Virus record (IMG/VR): IMGVR_UViG_3300030328_002400
Span: 1 to 64,000 of that record
DNA: 64,000 bases
Reading direction: 5' to 3' (one strand)
Source of the DNA: a virus
Positions 40,327 through 49,900 of the stretch are shown one piece after another (position 1 is the stretch's first letter; the number at the start of each line of letters is the position of its first letter). The notes beneath the pieces were generated by a model. It saw only the letters and a program-made list of their open reading frames with translations. It was not told the DNA's origin and searched no databases. Made by a program: the position numbers and the translations under genes.

Positions 40327-40635
40327 ATGGCATACTTACCTACTAATCCTTGTTGTACTGATGTAGTTGTGAACACTCCTTGTGGATGTTCCAGCACGGT
40401 AACTTGTGATCCATGTAAAACTGGAGTACATTTTTCTAAATCTATTACATACAATGGACCGATATTACCTTGTTCTAACGTTCAGCCTTGCGATGATTTA
40501 AACGTTGCTTTATCTAAAATCGATGAACTTCTTTGTACATTGAAGAATCAACAAGCAACAAACACACAAGAAATTGCATTAATGAAAGAGAACATTATAA
40601 ATATAAATGAAACTTTAAATAACTGTTGCCCATAA
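40327..40635 (+). CDS. small Cys-rich coiled-coil fibre-associated protein
   Basis: ITYNGPILPC..DDLNVALSKID resembles the N-terminus of the collar fibre (VKYTGVDVP..DSLSYVEQAL). Confidence 0.55.
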   Translation: MAYLPTNPCCTDVVVNTPCGCSSTVTCDPCKTGVHFSKSITYNGPILPCSNVQPCDDLNVALSKIDELLCTLKNQQATNTQEIALMKENIININETLNNCCP

Positions 40636-40636
40636 T

Positions 40637-40885
40637 ATGGAAGCATTTATACAACTAACCACTGCAGGAAATAACACTGGACCCTTCAATCTATTCTCAG
40701 ATGTAGATGGGTTCACTGCTGCTTTTGAAACTAGCATAAGTAAAGCTAGTTTATTGGCAGGATACACTAGTACTGTAGTTCCTGATTTTACTACTACAAT
40801 CAAAGTAGCATCAGATTCACTATGTGAGAATAGTTTTGATATTATATTACAACAACCAACAACAACAACAACCACAACAGTATAA
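40637..40885 (+). CDS. GPFD-module protein 1
   Basis: GPFNLFSDVDGF module followed by a Thr tail. Confidence 0.6.
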   Translation: MEAFIQLTTAGNNTGPFNLFSDVDGFTAAFETSISKASLLAGYTSTVVPDFTTTIKVASDSLCENSFDIILQQPTTTTTTTV

Positions 40886-40887
40886 TT

Positions 40888-42024
40888 ATGGCTTTAATAG
40901 AAATAACATTAACAGTAGACGGACAAGCAGGACCATTTGATTTATTTTCAAATGTAGATAACTTTGTACAGGCTTTTGCTACACAAGTTCCTGCTGCAAG
41001 TTTAATTGCTGGATACATAGTAACAGCTCCTCCAGGAACTTCCACTGTTAAAGTTTGTTCTACAGGCGTATGTACTAATTGTATAGAGATCCCTACTAAT
41101 TGTCCTACAACAACTACTACAACTAGTTCTAGTACATCAACTACTACAAGTACTTCAACATCCACTTCAACTACTACAACAGAACAACCCCCTAATAAAC
41201 TTAACTGGGAGCTGATAACGAACACTCCAGGTTCTCTACTTGCAGCAGATCCACAAAGTAGTAACTTAAAAATAGATGTTAATGGAGTTAATGTAGTAGA
41301 TGCAACTATTACAGGTAATGCTTCTACACAAAGTGGAACTATACAAATCTTACCAGGAGATGTAGTTTCTGCTACGATAGATAGTGATAGAACAGGTATA
41401 TACAACTTTATTAATACTATTCAAAAAGATGGTTTATTATATCAGGCACAAGATGTATGTAATTTGTGTAGTAATACTTTTGTAACTCTTATGAGTCCGG
41501 ATTATACTGGAGCAGGAGTTGATGTAGACTTTAGTTTTGTTGCTGATACATATAAAGAAATTACAACAACAACAACTACAAGTTCTAGTTCTAGTACAAG
41601 TACTACAACAACCAGTACTTCTTCTTCAACAACTACAACTACTACAACATGTGATTGTTCATTAAACGGTGCAAGTGCTGTTATATCAGGGACTACAACT
41701 ACTAAACAACCACCACCAACTACTACTACTACTACTTTAAATAACTTATGGCCAGCATTGAGATCCTTACAATCTACACCTAGCAGTGCTGCTGGTGCAG
41801 CTTGTGACTATGATTTAATTAGTTTTGTATGGAAAGATGGACTCGGACCTCTGCCTGATGTAGGAGATATGTTATATAATAACTCACAAGGTACTGCTGC
41901 ATTTAACGGACAAAACGAGTATTGGCACTATGAGCCTTCAATAGCAGGTCCAACAACTAGTAGTTATAACATCAAAGTATCAAATCTAGGTGAAATACTT
42001 TCTAAATTCCCTTGTACGGCTTAA
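40888..42024 (+). CDS. GPFD-module protein 2 with Thr linkers and passenger domains
   Basis: GPFDLFSNVDNF module, Thr runs, Ig-like and Cys-bounded C-terminal domains. Confidence 0.6.
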   Translation: MALIEITLTVDGQAGPFDLFSNVDNFVQAFATQVPAASLIAGYIVTAPPGTSTVKVCSTGVCTNCIEIPTNCPTTTTTTSSSTSTTTSTSTSTSTTTTEQPPNKLNWELITNTPGSLLAADPQSSNLKIDVNGVNVVDATITGNASTQSGTIQILPGDVVSATIDSDRTGIYNFINTIQKDGLLYQAQDVCNLCSNTFVTLMSPDYTGAGVDVDFSFVADTYKEITTTTTTSSSSSTSTTTTSTSSSTTTTTTTCDCSLNGASAVISGTTTTKQPPPTTTTTTLNNLWPALRSLQSTPSSAAGAACDYDLISFVWKDGLGPLPDVGDMLYNNSQGTAAFNGQNEYWHYEPSIAGPTTSSYNIKVSNLGEILSKFPCTA

Positions 42025-42036
42025 AATAAATTAGAT

Positions 42037-42270
42037 ATGGTTTTAACAAATATAAAATTAACATCAGCAGGAGCATGTTCAGGTCCCTGTGATCTTTACT
42101 CGGATGCAGATAATTATACTGTTCCTTTTGACACTGGTATATCTATCACTGTATTAACAGGTACACTTGGGTATAGTACATTTAATGTACCGGCTGGAAG
42201 TACAATCGTTAGAATACAAAATAATAATGCGGACTGTAGTAATTTTGTAGATACCCCTATAACCACATAA
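42037..42270 (+). CDS. GPFD-module protein 3
   Basis: GPCDLYSDADNY stand-alone module. Confidence 0.6.
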   Translation: MVLTNIKLTSAGACSGPCDLYSDADNYTVPFDTGISITVLTGTLGYSTFNVPAGSTIVRIQNNNADCSNFVDTPITT

Positions 42271-42271
42271 G

Positions 42272-42940
42272 ATGGCAATATTAATACAGGCTAATAGTAT
42301 AGGAAGTGATGCAGGACCTTTTGACTTGTTTTCTCAGGTCAATGGTTTTACTGAAGCATTTGAAACGAATATAACAGCAGTACAATTGTTGGTAGGATTT
42401 GTATCATATAATGCTCCGGTGGGTACCTCTATTGTTAGAATAGTCTCCACTAATCCAGACTGTGCAGGAACATATGAAGATATTGATATATCAACTAAAC
42501 CTAATTGTCCAGCACAAACAATAGTAATTAGTATATGTAATAACTCTGCCACTATACAAGACAACTTTGATATAGTATTAAATGGAGTGACTATAGGATC
42601 AGTAGATCTAAGTGCAGCATCTCAAGATGGATCAGTAATGGTGGCTAGTAATGTTCCTCAAATTATAACCCAACCTAACTTTGCATGTCCCCTAGGTAAT
42701 ATGACTTTATCCTTTTTTGATCCCTCTCTTATTAGTTATAGAAATACCATAGAGATGGTAAATACTCAGAACAATGGAAACGGTAATATAGGAGTACTTG
42801 ATATAAGTAACTACAATGTAGTAGGAAATCAATTAGAAACTCCTTGTGAAGTAGCAGAATTTACTTTTAGCGGAGCTTCAGGAGATGATTTTGAATTTAC
42901 ATGGTATCATCAATACTGTTGTGATGATGGACCGTTTTAA
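42272..42940 (+). CDS. GPFD-module protein 4 with C-terminal beta domain
   Basis: GPFDLFSQVNGF module plus about 145-aa passenger. Confidence 0.6.
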   Translation: MAILIQANSIGSDAGPFDLFSQVNGFTEAFETNITAVQLLVGFVSYNAPVGTSIVRIVSTNPDCAGTYEDIDISTKPNCPAQTIVISICNNSATIQDNFDIVLNGVTIGSVDLSAASQDGSVMVASNVPQIITQPNFACPLGNMTLSFFDPSLISYRNTIEMVNTQNNGNGNIGVLDISNYNVVGNQLETPCEVAEFTFSGASGDDFEFTWYHQYCCDDGPF

Positions 42941-42957
42941 TTCTTAGAAAATATAAA

Positions 42958-43020
42958 AAGTTCTCTTTTGTTGGTTTTAGAGAACTTCTCCTAGGGGCTA
43001 TAATGCCCTTGGGAGTTTTT
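42958..43020 (+). terminator. double hairpin ending in an intrinsic terminator
   Basis: AAGTTCTCT/AGAGAACTT stem with TTTGTTGGTTTT loop, then CTCCTAGGG../..CCCTTGGGAG stem plus T5. Confidence 0.7.
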
Positions 43021-43092
43021 ATTTATAACCAAACTAATTATAAAGAATAACCCTGATGGTTAATTTTTTTATGTAAAATGAAATAATTTATC

Positions 43093-43100
43093 TATCTTTG
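43093..43100 (+). promoter_or_regulatory. Bacteroidota-type -7 promoter element
   Basis: TATCTTTG after the terminator, 29 nt before ATG 43129. Confidence 0.55.
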
Positions 43101-43128
43101 AGATATTTTCTAATTAAATACGATATAT

Positions 43129-44373
43129 ATGTCTGAGAATCAGAGTCTTCTTGATCAGCTGAAAGAGCTGTTGAGAAGAAAAAGAAGTAAACAGTGGTAT
43201 GCTGATAAATTAAATATCACAGTTGAAGAAGTAAATGAATTAATAAAAGAACTAAAGGGTAAGAAATATGAGGAAGGAGATAAGTTCTTAGATAGTGCAA
43301 CCAACAGTAAACAATTTGAAGAAGCAGTAAGAAAGGTTAGCAATGAACAAGGGACAATAGAAAGCACAATAACTCTAGACTTTGAACCAAAAAGTGATAT
43401 AGAGTTAGCTAAATTACACAAGATAGACCTAGAAAGGTATGTTATTACAAACTATTGGTCTAAAGTTCTTCCCAGTGGGAAGTTCACATCTTCAGTCTTT
43501 TCTAGAAGAAAAGGTGCGAAAGATTATACAGCTGAAGATTTCAGCAAGTTCTTAAAGAACTATAAATCAAACTACATTCCAATCCCTTCCCCTAAACGCA
43601 ATGAGTCTAAACTAAAAGCAGATATAGAGTTATCTATTTCTGATTACCATTTAGCTAAGAGACATGTGGATGGGGATAATGATCCGGAGGTTAGAGTTAT
43701 GAGATTCTTTGATGTTGCAGAGAACCTCACAGAGAAGGTTAGATCAGTTTATGATATAAATAAAGTGGTGTTTCCTATATCTAATGATTTCTTTCATACA
43801 GATAATTATCAGAAGTCTACTACTAATGGCACTCCTCAAGATATAATGATGGATTATGCTACAGAGTATGAACAAGGATTTAATGTTCTTGTAGATACTA
43901 TAAAGATGTTAAAGGCTAATAGTGAACATGTAGAAGTAATACTTGTACAAGGTAATCACGATCGAACTAAATCTTATTATTTGGCTCATGCTTTGGATAT
44001 ATATTTTAAAGCTGATGACAATATAACTTTTGTAAGAGAAGAAGGTCTTATAAAGGCTACGGTAGTTGGTAATACATTTATTGGTTTTCATCATGGAAAC
44101 TGTAAACTTGATGCTCTCCCTCTGTTATTTGCAACACATCCAACATATAGTAAATGGTTTGGAGATGCTACATATAGAGAAGTACATACAGGTGATAAAC
44201 ATCACTACATGGCTAAAGAGATAAAGGGAGTGAGAATACAACAAATGCCTAGTTTATCTGGAGCAGATAGATGGCATAAAGATAATAACTTCGTGCATAG
44301 TGTACGAGCTGCTTTAGCCTTAGTGTATGATAATAAGGTAGGAAAGGTAGCTGAATTTGAAGAAAGAATATAA
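43129..44373 (+). CDS. HTH plus calcineurin-like metallophosphoesterase
   Basis: N-terminal HTH (ADKLNITVEEV); SDYH, NDFFH, GNHD, HHG, GDKHH metal motifs. Confidence 0.8.
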   Translation: MSENQSLLDQLKELLRRKRSKQWYADKLNITVEEVNELIKELKGKKYEEGDKFLDSATNSKQFEEAVRKVSNEQGTIESTITLDFEPKSDIELAKLHKIDLERYVITNYWSKVLPSGKFTSSVFSRRKGAKDYTAEDFSKFLKNYKSNYIPIPSPKRNESKLKADIELSISDYHLAKRHVDGDNDPEVRVMRFFDVAENLTEKVRSVYDINKVVFPISNDFFHTDNYQKSTTNGTPQDIMMDYATEYEQGFNVLVDTIKMLKANSEHVEVILVQGNHDRTKSYYLAHALDIYFKADDNITFVREEGLIKATVVGNTFIGFHHGNCKLDALPLLFATHPTYSKWFGDATYREVHTGDKHHYMAKEIKGVRIQQMPSLSGADRWHKDNNFVHSVRAALALVYDNKVGKVAEFEERI

Positions 44374-44375
44374 TT

Positions 44376-44516
44376 ATGGCAACAAAATATGGAAAACCTA
44401 CACCAGGTAAAAATGTAAAAGCTCCTAAGGTTCGTCCTTATAATATGAAAAAGAATTATATGAGAGAGGCTGACCAAGAGGGAGGAATAAAAGGATTCGG
44501 TAATTATAAAAAATAA
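44376..44516 (+). CDS. small basic protein (46 aa)
   Basis: MATKYGKPTPGKNVKAPKVRPYNM...DQEGG...; exactly fills the gap. Confidence 0.5.
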   Translation: MATKYGKPTPGKNVKAPKVRPYNMKKNYMREADQEGGIKGFGNYKK

Positions 44517-44517
44517 T

Positions 44518-44721
44518 ATGGCACCAAAATTAAAACCAAGCACAAAAGAATACTTAAGAGATTCAAGAGGTAGGATGTTACAGAAGTGGGAATGGAAACA
44601 TTACACAGTTGCAAGTACTTCTACTGCTGAACTCGAAAAACTATTAGTTAGTCCTTCTATGACAAGAAAAAAGAATGTTATTCAGAGGGAGCTTGTAAAA
44701 CGAAAATTATGGCAACATTAA
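44518..44721 (+). CDS. small basic protein
   Basis: 67-aa co-oriented ORF. Confidence 0.55.
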   Translation: MAPKLKPSTKEYLRDSRGRMLQKWEWKHYTVASTSTAELEKLLVSPSMTRKKNVIQRELVKRKLWQH

Positions 44722-45437
44722 GAAAATTAGTTTCAGACGTTCGTGGAACGCATAAGATTTTATCAACAGATGCTCTTATTACAGACCGAGTTATTGCGTC
44801 TGAAATAAAGAATGCATCTCAATTGTTGATAAAGAGAGAAACTAATTTGAGAAAACTCTGGGCTAGTGATACATTATACACTACTATTCCATGTTTAGAG
44901 ATGAAGGAAGTTCCTATCTCAGAGTGTTGTGAGTATGCAGATGAATGTAATGTGTCTAGAACTGTACATAAGTTACCGAGAATATCAGAAGGTAACTATC
45001 AGTATGTAATACAAGGTGTATATTCTATAGATGCTATGGGAGGAAGAGGCAGTAAACTAAAAGAAATAACAATAAATAGGTATTTAAACTTACTTAAATT
45101 ACCTATAGTAAAGAATGATTATTACTTCTGGATATCTAATGGATATCTATATGTAAATAATCCTTTATTAAAAGCAATTAGAATGGCTGCATTCTTTGAA
45201 GAGGATGTACCAAGTGAAATACTATATTCTGATTGTGCATGTGGAGGTGTAGAGGTGACGGATGAAGAGTATTGCATGAATCCTTTAGATAAGGAATATG
45301 CTCTTCCTGGTTACTTAGAGTCTTCAGCTTTAGGACTAGTATCTCAGAAACTTCTAGCTACATATTTCCAAATTAAAACCGATATGAGTAATGAAGGCAT
45401 AGATGGACAAGCTCCCAATGCCCAACCAACTCAGTAA
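44709..45437 (+). CDS. putative tail ring/tubular protein
   Basis: TIPCLEM..VP..ECC, YFWISNGYLYV, EYALP; crAss tail-module position. Confidence 0.55.
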   Translation: MATLRKLVSDVRGTHKILSTDALITDRVIASEIKNASQLLIKRETNLRKLWASDTLYTTIPCLEMKEVPISECCEYADECNVSRTVHKLPRISEGNYQYVIQGVYSIDAMGGRGSKLKEITINRYLNLLKLPIVKNDYYFWISNGYLYVNNPLLKAIRMAAFFEEDVPSEILYSDCACGGVEVTDEEYCMNPLDKEYALPGYLESSALGLVSQKLLATYFQIKTDMSNEGIDGQAPNAQPTQ

Positions 45438-45448
45438 AAAAACTATAT

Positions 45449-45928
45449 ATGTCAAGAGTAGCAGTTGACTGGAGAAGTGCAAGTAAAAAGAATTACGAGG
45501 ACTTCTGTAAGAAGCATCCCTTAATATCTCTAACTTTCGATGAGTGGAGAAATATTCTTTATGGTTTTAATGAATCATTCAAACACTACATCTTAGAGAC
45601 AGGAGAAAAAGAAAAACTTCCAACTGGATTTGGAGAGTTTTCAATTAATAAAAAGAAGAGAAGAAGAACTAAAGGTATTGATGGAAAGGAATTTATAAAC
45701 CTTCCCATCGATTGGAAAAAAACAAGAGAGAAAGGTAAAGTAGTTTACAACTTTAACTATCATACGGAAGGATACTTTTTTGGATGGATGTGGTTTAAGT
45801 CAACTGCTAGATTTAGAAACTCAGATCTATGGTACTTTAAACCTTCTAGAAGAACTTCAAGAGATCTTTCTCACTATATAAAAACAGATCCTAAATACCA
45901 ACATACCTATCATGAATGGAAAAAATAA
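45449..45928 (+). CDS. IHF-like protein (crAss tail module)
   Basis: KLPTGFGEFSI, IDWKKT, YNFNYHTEGY. Confidence 0.65.
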   Translation: MSRVAVDWRSASKKNYEDFCKKHPLISLTFDEWRNILYGFNESFKHYILETGEKEKLPTGFGEFSINKKKRRRTKGIDGKEFINLPIDWKKTREKGKVVYNFNYHTEGYFFGWMWFKSTARFRNSDLWYFKPSRRTSRDLSHYIKTDPKYQHTYHEWKK

Positions 45929-45931
45929 GTT

Positions 45932-46948
45932 ATGTCATACTATTATAAATACGATTTTGTATCCCCAGAGCCTCTATATGCTACAGTAAAAGAAGAACTT
46001 AAAAGTTATTTTGATACTGGTGCTGTAGATGATTTATTATTTCCCACCTATCTAGACAAGTGTCTAAGAAAGATGGGTAGAACAACTTATAAAATTACTA
46101 CAGAAGTTTTATTTATAGAAGACTTTCAAGCAAGATTACCAGACAATTTTCATGCAGTGAGAGAAGCGTGGATGTGTGCTGTAGTTCCTGGGAATCCTTA
46201 CCCTGCAGCGTCTTCTTTCTATACACAAGCTGCAAATGCTACTACTATTCAAGTAGCTCCTTTAACTATCGGTGGTACACCATGTAACAATCCTGAATGT
46301 CAACATCCAAATTGTGATGGTACATGTATGCCTGAGGTAGTACAAGCTGTATACAAAACAAACAGTGAAATACCTAGAGCATACAGAAGAACTTATTTAT
46401 TAAAACCAGGTAACATATCAGCTAGAAAGAGCTGTAACGTAGACTACACTAGTTCGTGGGACCAATACAACCAATTAACTTTATCAGGACGTGAATTCAC
46501 TCCAGGATCTTCTTCTTACGATTCTTTTGATGTAAGAGATAATAAGTTTGTTACGAACTTTAGAAGGGGAGTTGTTCATTTAGTGTTCTACTCTACAGAT
46601 TATGATAAGATAGGTAATCAATTAATACCTGATAACTATCGTGTAAGGGAATACATAGAATCATTTATTAAATTCAAAGTATTTGAAACTCTAACTAATC
46701 AAACCAATGATGAAACATTTAATCAATTACAGACAAAATTAGCATATCATAAATCCATGATGGATGAAGCATGGGTTATGGCAGAAATAGAATTAAAGAA
46801 AGAGACAGTTTATCAAAAACAAAGAAGAGTTGTCACTGATCTTAATCGCAATAATATGTATGAATTACCTGATGCAAAGTCTCAAGTATCAGGAAGATAC
46901 TCAAATAGATATGGGTATGGATTATGGAGACGTAATGGTTGGAGTTAA
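45932..46948 (+). CDS. tail tubular protein-like
   Basis: Lies between IHF-like gene and tail stabilization gene; FVTNFRRG..LIPDN motif. Confidence 0.6.
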   Translation: MSYYYKYDFVSPEPLYATVKEELKSYFDTGAVDDLLFPTYLDKCLRKMGRTTYKITTEVLFIEDFQARLPDNFHAVREAWMCAVVPGNPYPAASSFYTQAANATTIQVAPLTIGGTPCNNPECQHPNCDGTCMPEVVQAVYKTNSEIPRAYRRTYLLKPGNISARKSCNVDYTSSWDQYNQLTLSGREFTPGSSSYDSFDVRDNKFVTNFRRGVVHLVFYSTDYDKIGNQLIPDNYRVREYIESFIKFKVFETLTNQTNDETFNQLQTKLAYHKSMMDEAWVMAEIELKKETVYQKQRRVVTDLNRNNMYELPDAKSQVSGRYSNRYGYGLWRRNGWS

Positions 46949-46957
46949 AAATAATAT

Positions 46958-49900
46958 ATGGCTACCAGAAAAGAAATAGAGGACGCAAAATCTCAGAAAG
47001 CTGCTGCTGCTAAAAAAGATGATAAAGCTCAGAAAGGGCAAGTCAGACTTGAATTCAATCAAGCTCAGACTGGTCTTAATATGGATAGCACTATCAATCA
47101 GGTAAAGACAGGTAGTCTTACTTATGCATTAAATGCTACTGTAGAGAATTTTGATTCTAGTTCTGTAAACTATCAAAACGAACCTGGTAATGAACCATGT
47201 CTCTCCTTTCCTAGTGGGTATGAACTTATAGGAAAACATACTATTCCTGAGAAAAAGAAAAACATATTCTTTCTAACTAATCCTTCTACTGGTGATAGTG
47301 AGATTGGCTTCATGTTTAACAATGATTGTCAATATCAAACACTAGTAAATGCTCCATGTCTAAGATTTACTATTGACAACCCTATTCATAAAGTGGTGCA
47401 TAGGATAACCAACTGTACTACAGAGATATACTGGACTGATGGAATAAATCCAAGAAGATATCTGGACATAGATAATATTCCTTACATTCTTGATCCTAAT
47501 TCCGATCCTGGATGTGATCCTGTATATACTGATAAGTTAGACTGTAATCAACTTAAGATACAGCCTAATTTTGACATTCCATTTGTAGAAATAAATAGCG
47601 TAACAAATGTAGGAAATCTAGTTGCTGGAACCTATCAGTTTGCTGTTCAGTATGCTGATGCAGCTGGTAGTGATTTAACCTCTTACTACTCGGTCACTAA
47701 CCCTACACCTATTGCTGATCCTTTAATAACCACTGTAAACTTCAATTACCCAGTGGGTAAATCTATAGAAGTAAGAGTATCTAATTTAGATCTAACAGGA
47801 CAATACAACTATTTTAACCTAGCTGTAATAAAAACTATAAATGATATTACATCAGTAGAACTAGTAGGAACTTATAATATTACTGAAGCGGATGAAATAA
47901 TTACATACACAGGAGCAGATCAAAGTCCTATTCAGTTATCTATTGCTGATATCTTTGAAAAATATCCATACTATGATGTAGCACAAGATTTAACATCAGC
48001 TCAAGACACTCTGATTTGGAGTAACTTAACTTCGATAGATAGAATAAACTATCAACAGATAGCTAATAATATTACTCTACAATGGGAGACTCATAGGATT
48101 CCTCCGGGAGAGGATTATTCTAATGAATTAAATGCAACCAACTATCGTGGATACATGCGTGATGAAGTGTATGCATTTGAAATAGTATTTCTTTTAAAAA
48201 ACGGAAAACAGACAGATTCATTTCATATACCTGGTCCTGCTAATCTTAATCCTCAACCAGATGTTCCTAATACTAACAACGATTTTATTGGAGAACCGGA
48301 GTACTATGTAGGAAATATAGGATATAGTCCTTACTGGAAGATATATAATAATGCTACAGTGGTTAGTGAATCTACACAAGATACACAAGATCCAAACTAT
48401 AAAGGACCATGGTACTATGGAAATTTTGCGTATTGGGAATCCACAGAGAAATATCCTTGTAATACAGATATATGGGGAGATCTTGCAGACACACCTATCA
48501 GACACCATAAGTTTCCAGATGTTAATGTAAGTCCTATTGTAGAGAATCCTACTATTACCTATGATGGAAATAACATAGTTCCTATTATGCAGGATTCTGA
48601 TGCTATATTCCCTATAGGAGTAAAGATTAATAATGATCAGATAACACAATTAATTACAGATTCTAATCTTACTCAAAACCAAAAAGATGATATAGTAGCT
48701 TTTAAGATAGTAAGAGGAGATCGTGGCACTAACAAATCAGTAATAGCAAAAGGTATACTTAGAAACATGAATAAGTATACTAGAGACGATCAAGACTATT
48801 TCTATCCTAACTATCCATACAACCAAGTTTCTGGAGAAGACGCATTCTTACAAGAAAATAACAATGCATGGAATGTAGACTCTAAATCTTACCTAGTGTA
48901 TTTTCCTGATAAGCGATATGGCTTAACAGGAAATTATATATTTCCTATTCCTATAGCAATAGATGTAGAGGAAGATGAAGGTGTGTATCAATATACAAGC
49001 ATAGTTAACGGAAGACCCACCCAAGCTAAAATCAAACAAAATTGTATTATAGAAGTATGTTCTTTAACAAGACCTATTTCTCTTCAAGGAAGAATGACAA
49101 TAGGACCAGGAGACTTTGATGTTTGGGCATGTGGACATGATTCAAATGGCATTCCTAGAAGTGGTTATCGAGTAGCTTGGGAAAATCCATTTAACGATAT
49201 AAATTTTGATGGCACCATTCCTCAAAGTCTATTTATAAAAGCTCCTGAAGGAATCGGAGCAGGGTTTAGAAGATGTACAATTATTACTCCTATTGATCCA
49301 GAGTTTGAGACTTATACACACGTCTATAGTGGATATGATCCAGGTGATGGTGATGGTGGTGATGCTGGTGGTGAAAGGTATGATCCTTCTCAATCAGGTA
49401 ATGGACATATGTATGACCCAGACATTGATGGGACAGGGATTAATCCACAACCTAAAGTAGAATTGAAAAACATAATGGGAGTGGATTGTGATCTTACTTC
49501 AGTATCATTTGTAAATGCAGGACTTGCAGGTACAGGAAGATATAGACCTGAAAGTTTTGATCCAAATAGCAATTGTCCTGAACCAGTAGAAGGTTTGAAT
49601 TCATATGGTTGTGATACATGTATAAAAACAGAGAATCCAGACAATCTAATTCCTTGGCCTCAGGCTGCATTTGGACAACCTACAAATCCACTTCCTCAGT
49701 TTGCTGTAAATGATAGTGTTTCTCCACAACTTGCATTTCCTATGCCTACAGATGAAACAGAGAACGCTGGTGGTGTGTGGGAACTAAATAACACATTGAC
49801 ACCTGCAGAAACTCATAGAGGGGGATATGATGGTTTTAATTCAAGATACAGCAGGAGATCTTGTTTAAAGTGTGACAGAGATATACCTATTAAACCATTA

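Noticed and set aside
33164-41405. Minus-strand poly-Val ORFs (33164, 35780, 37170, 37896, 40615, 40842)
   Set aside because: Antisense shadows of the ACN Thr runs.
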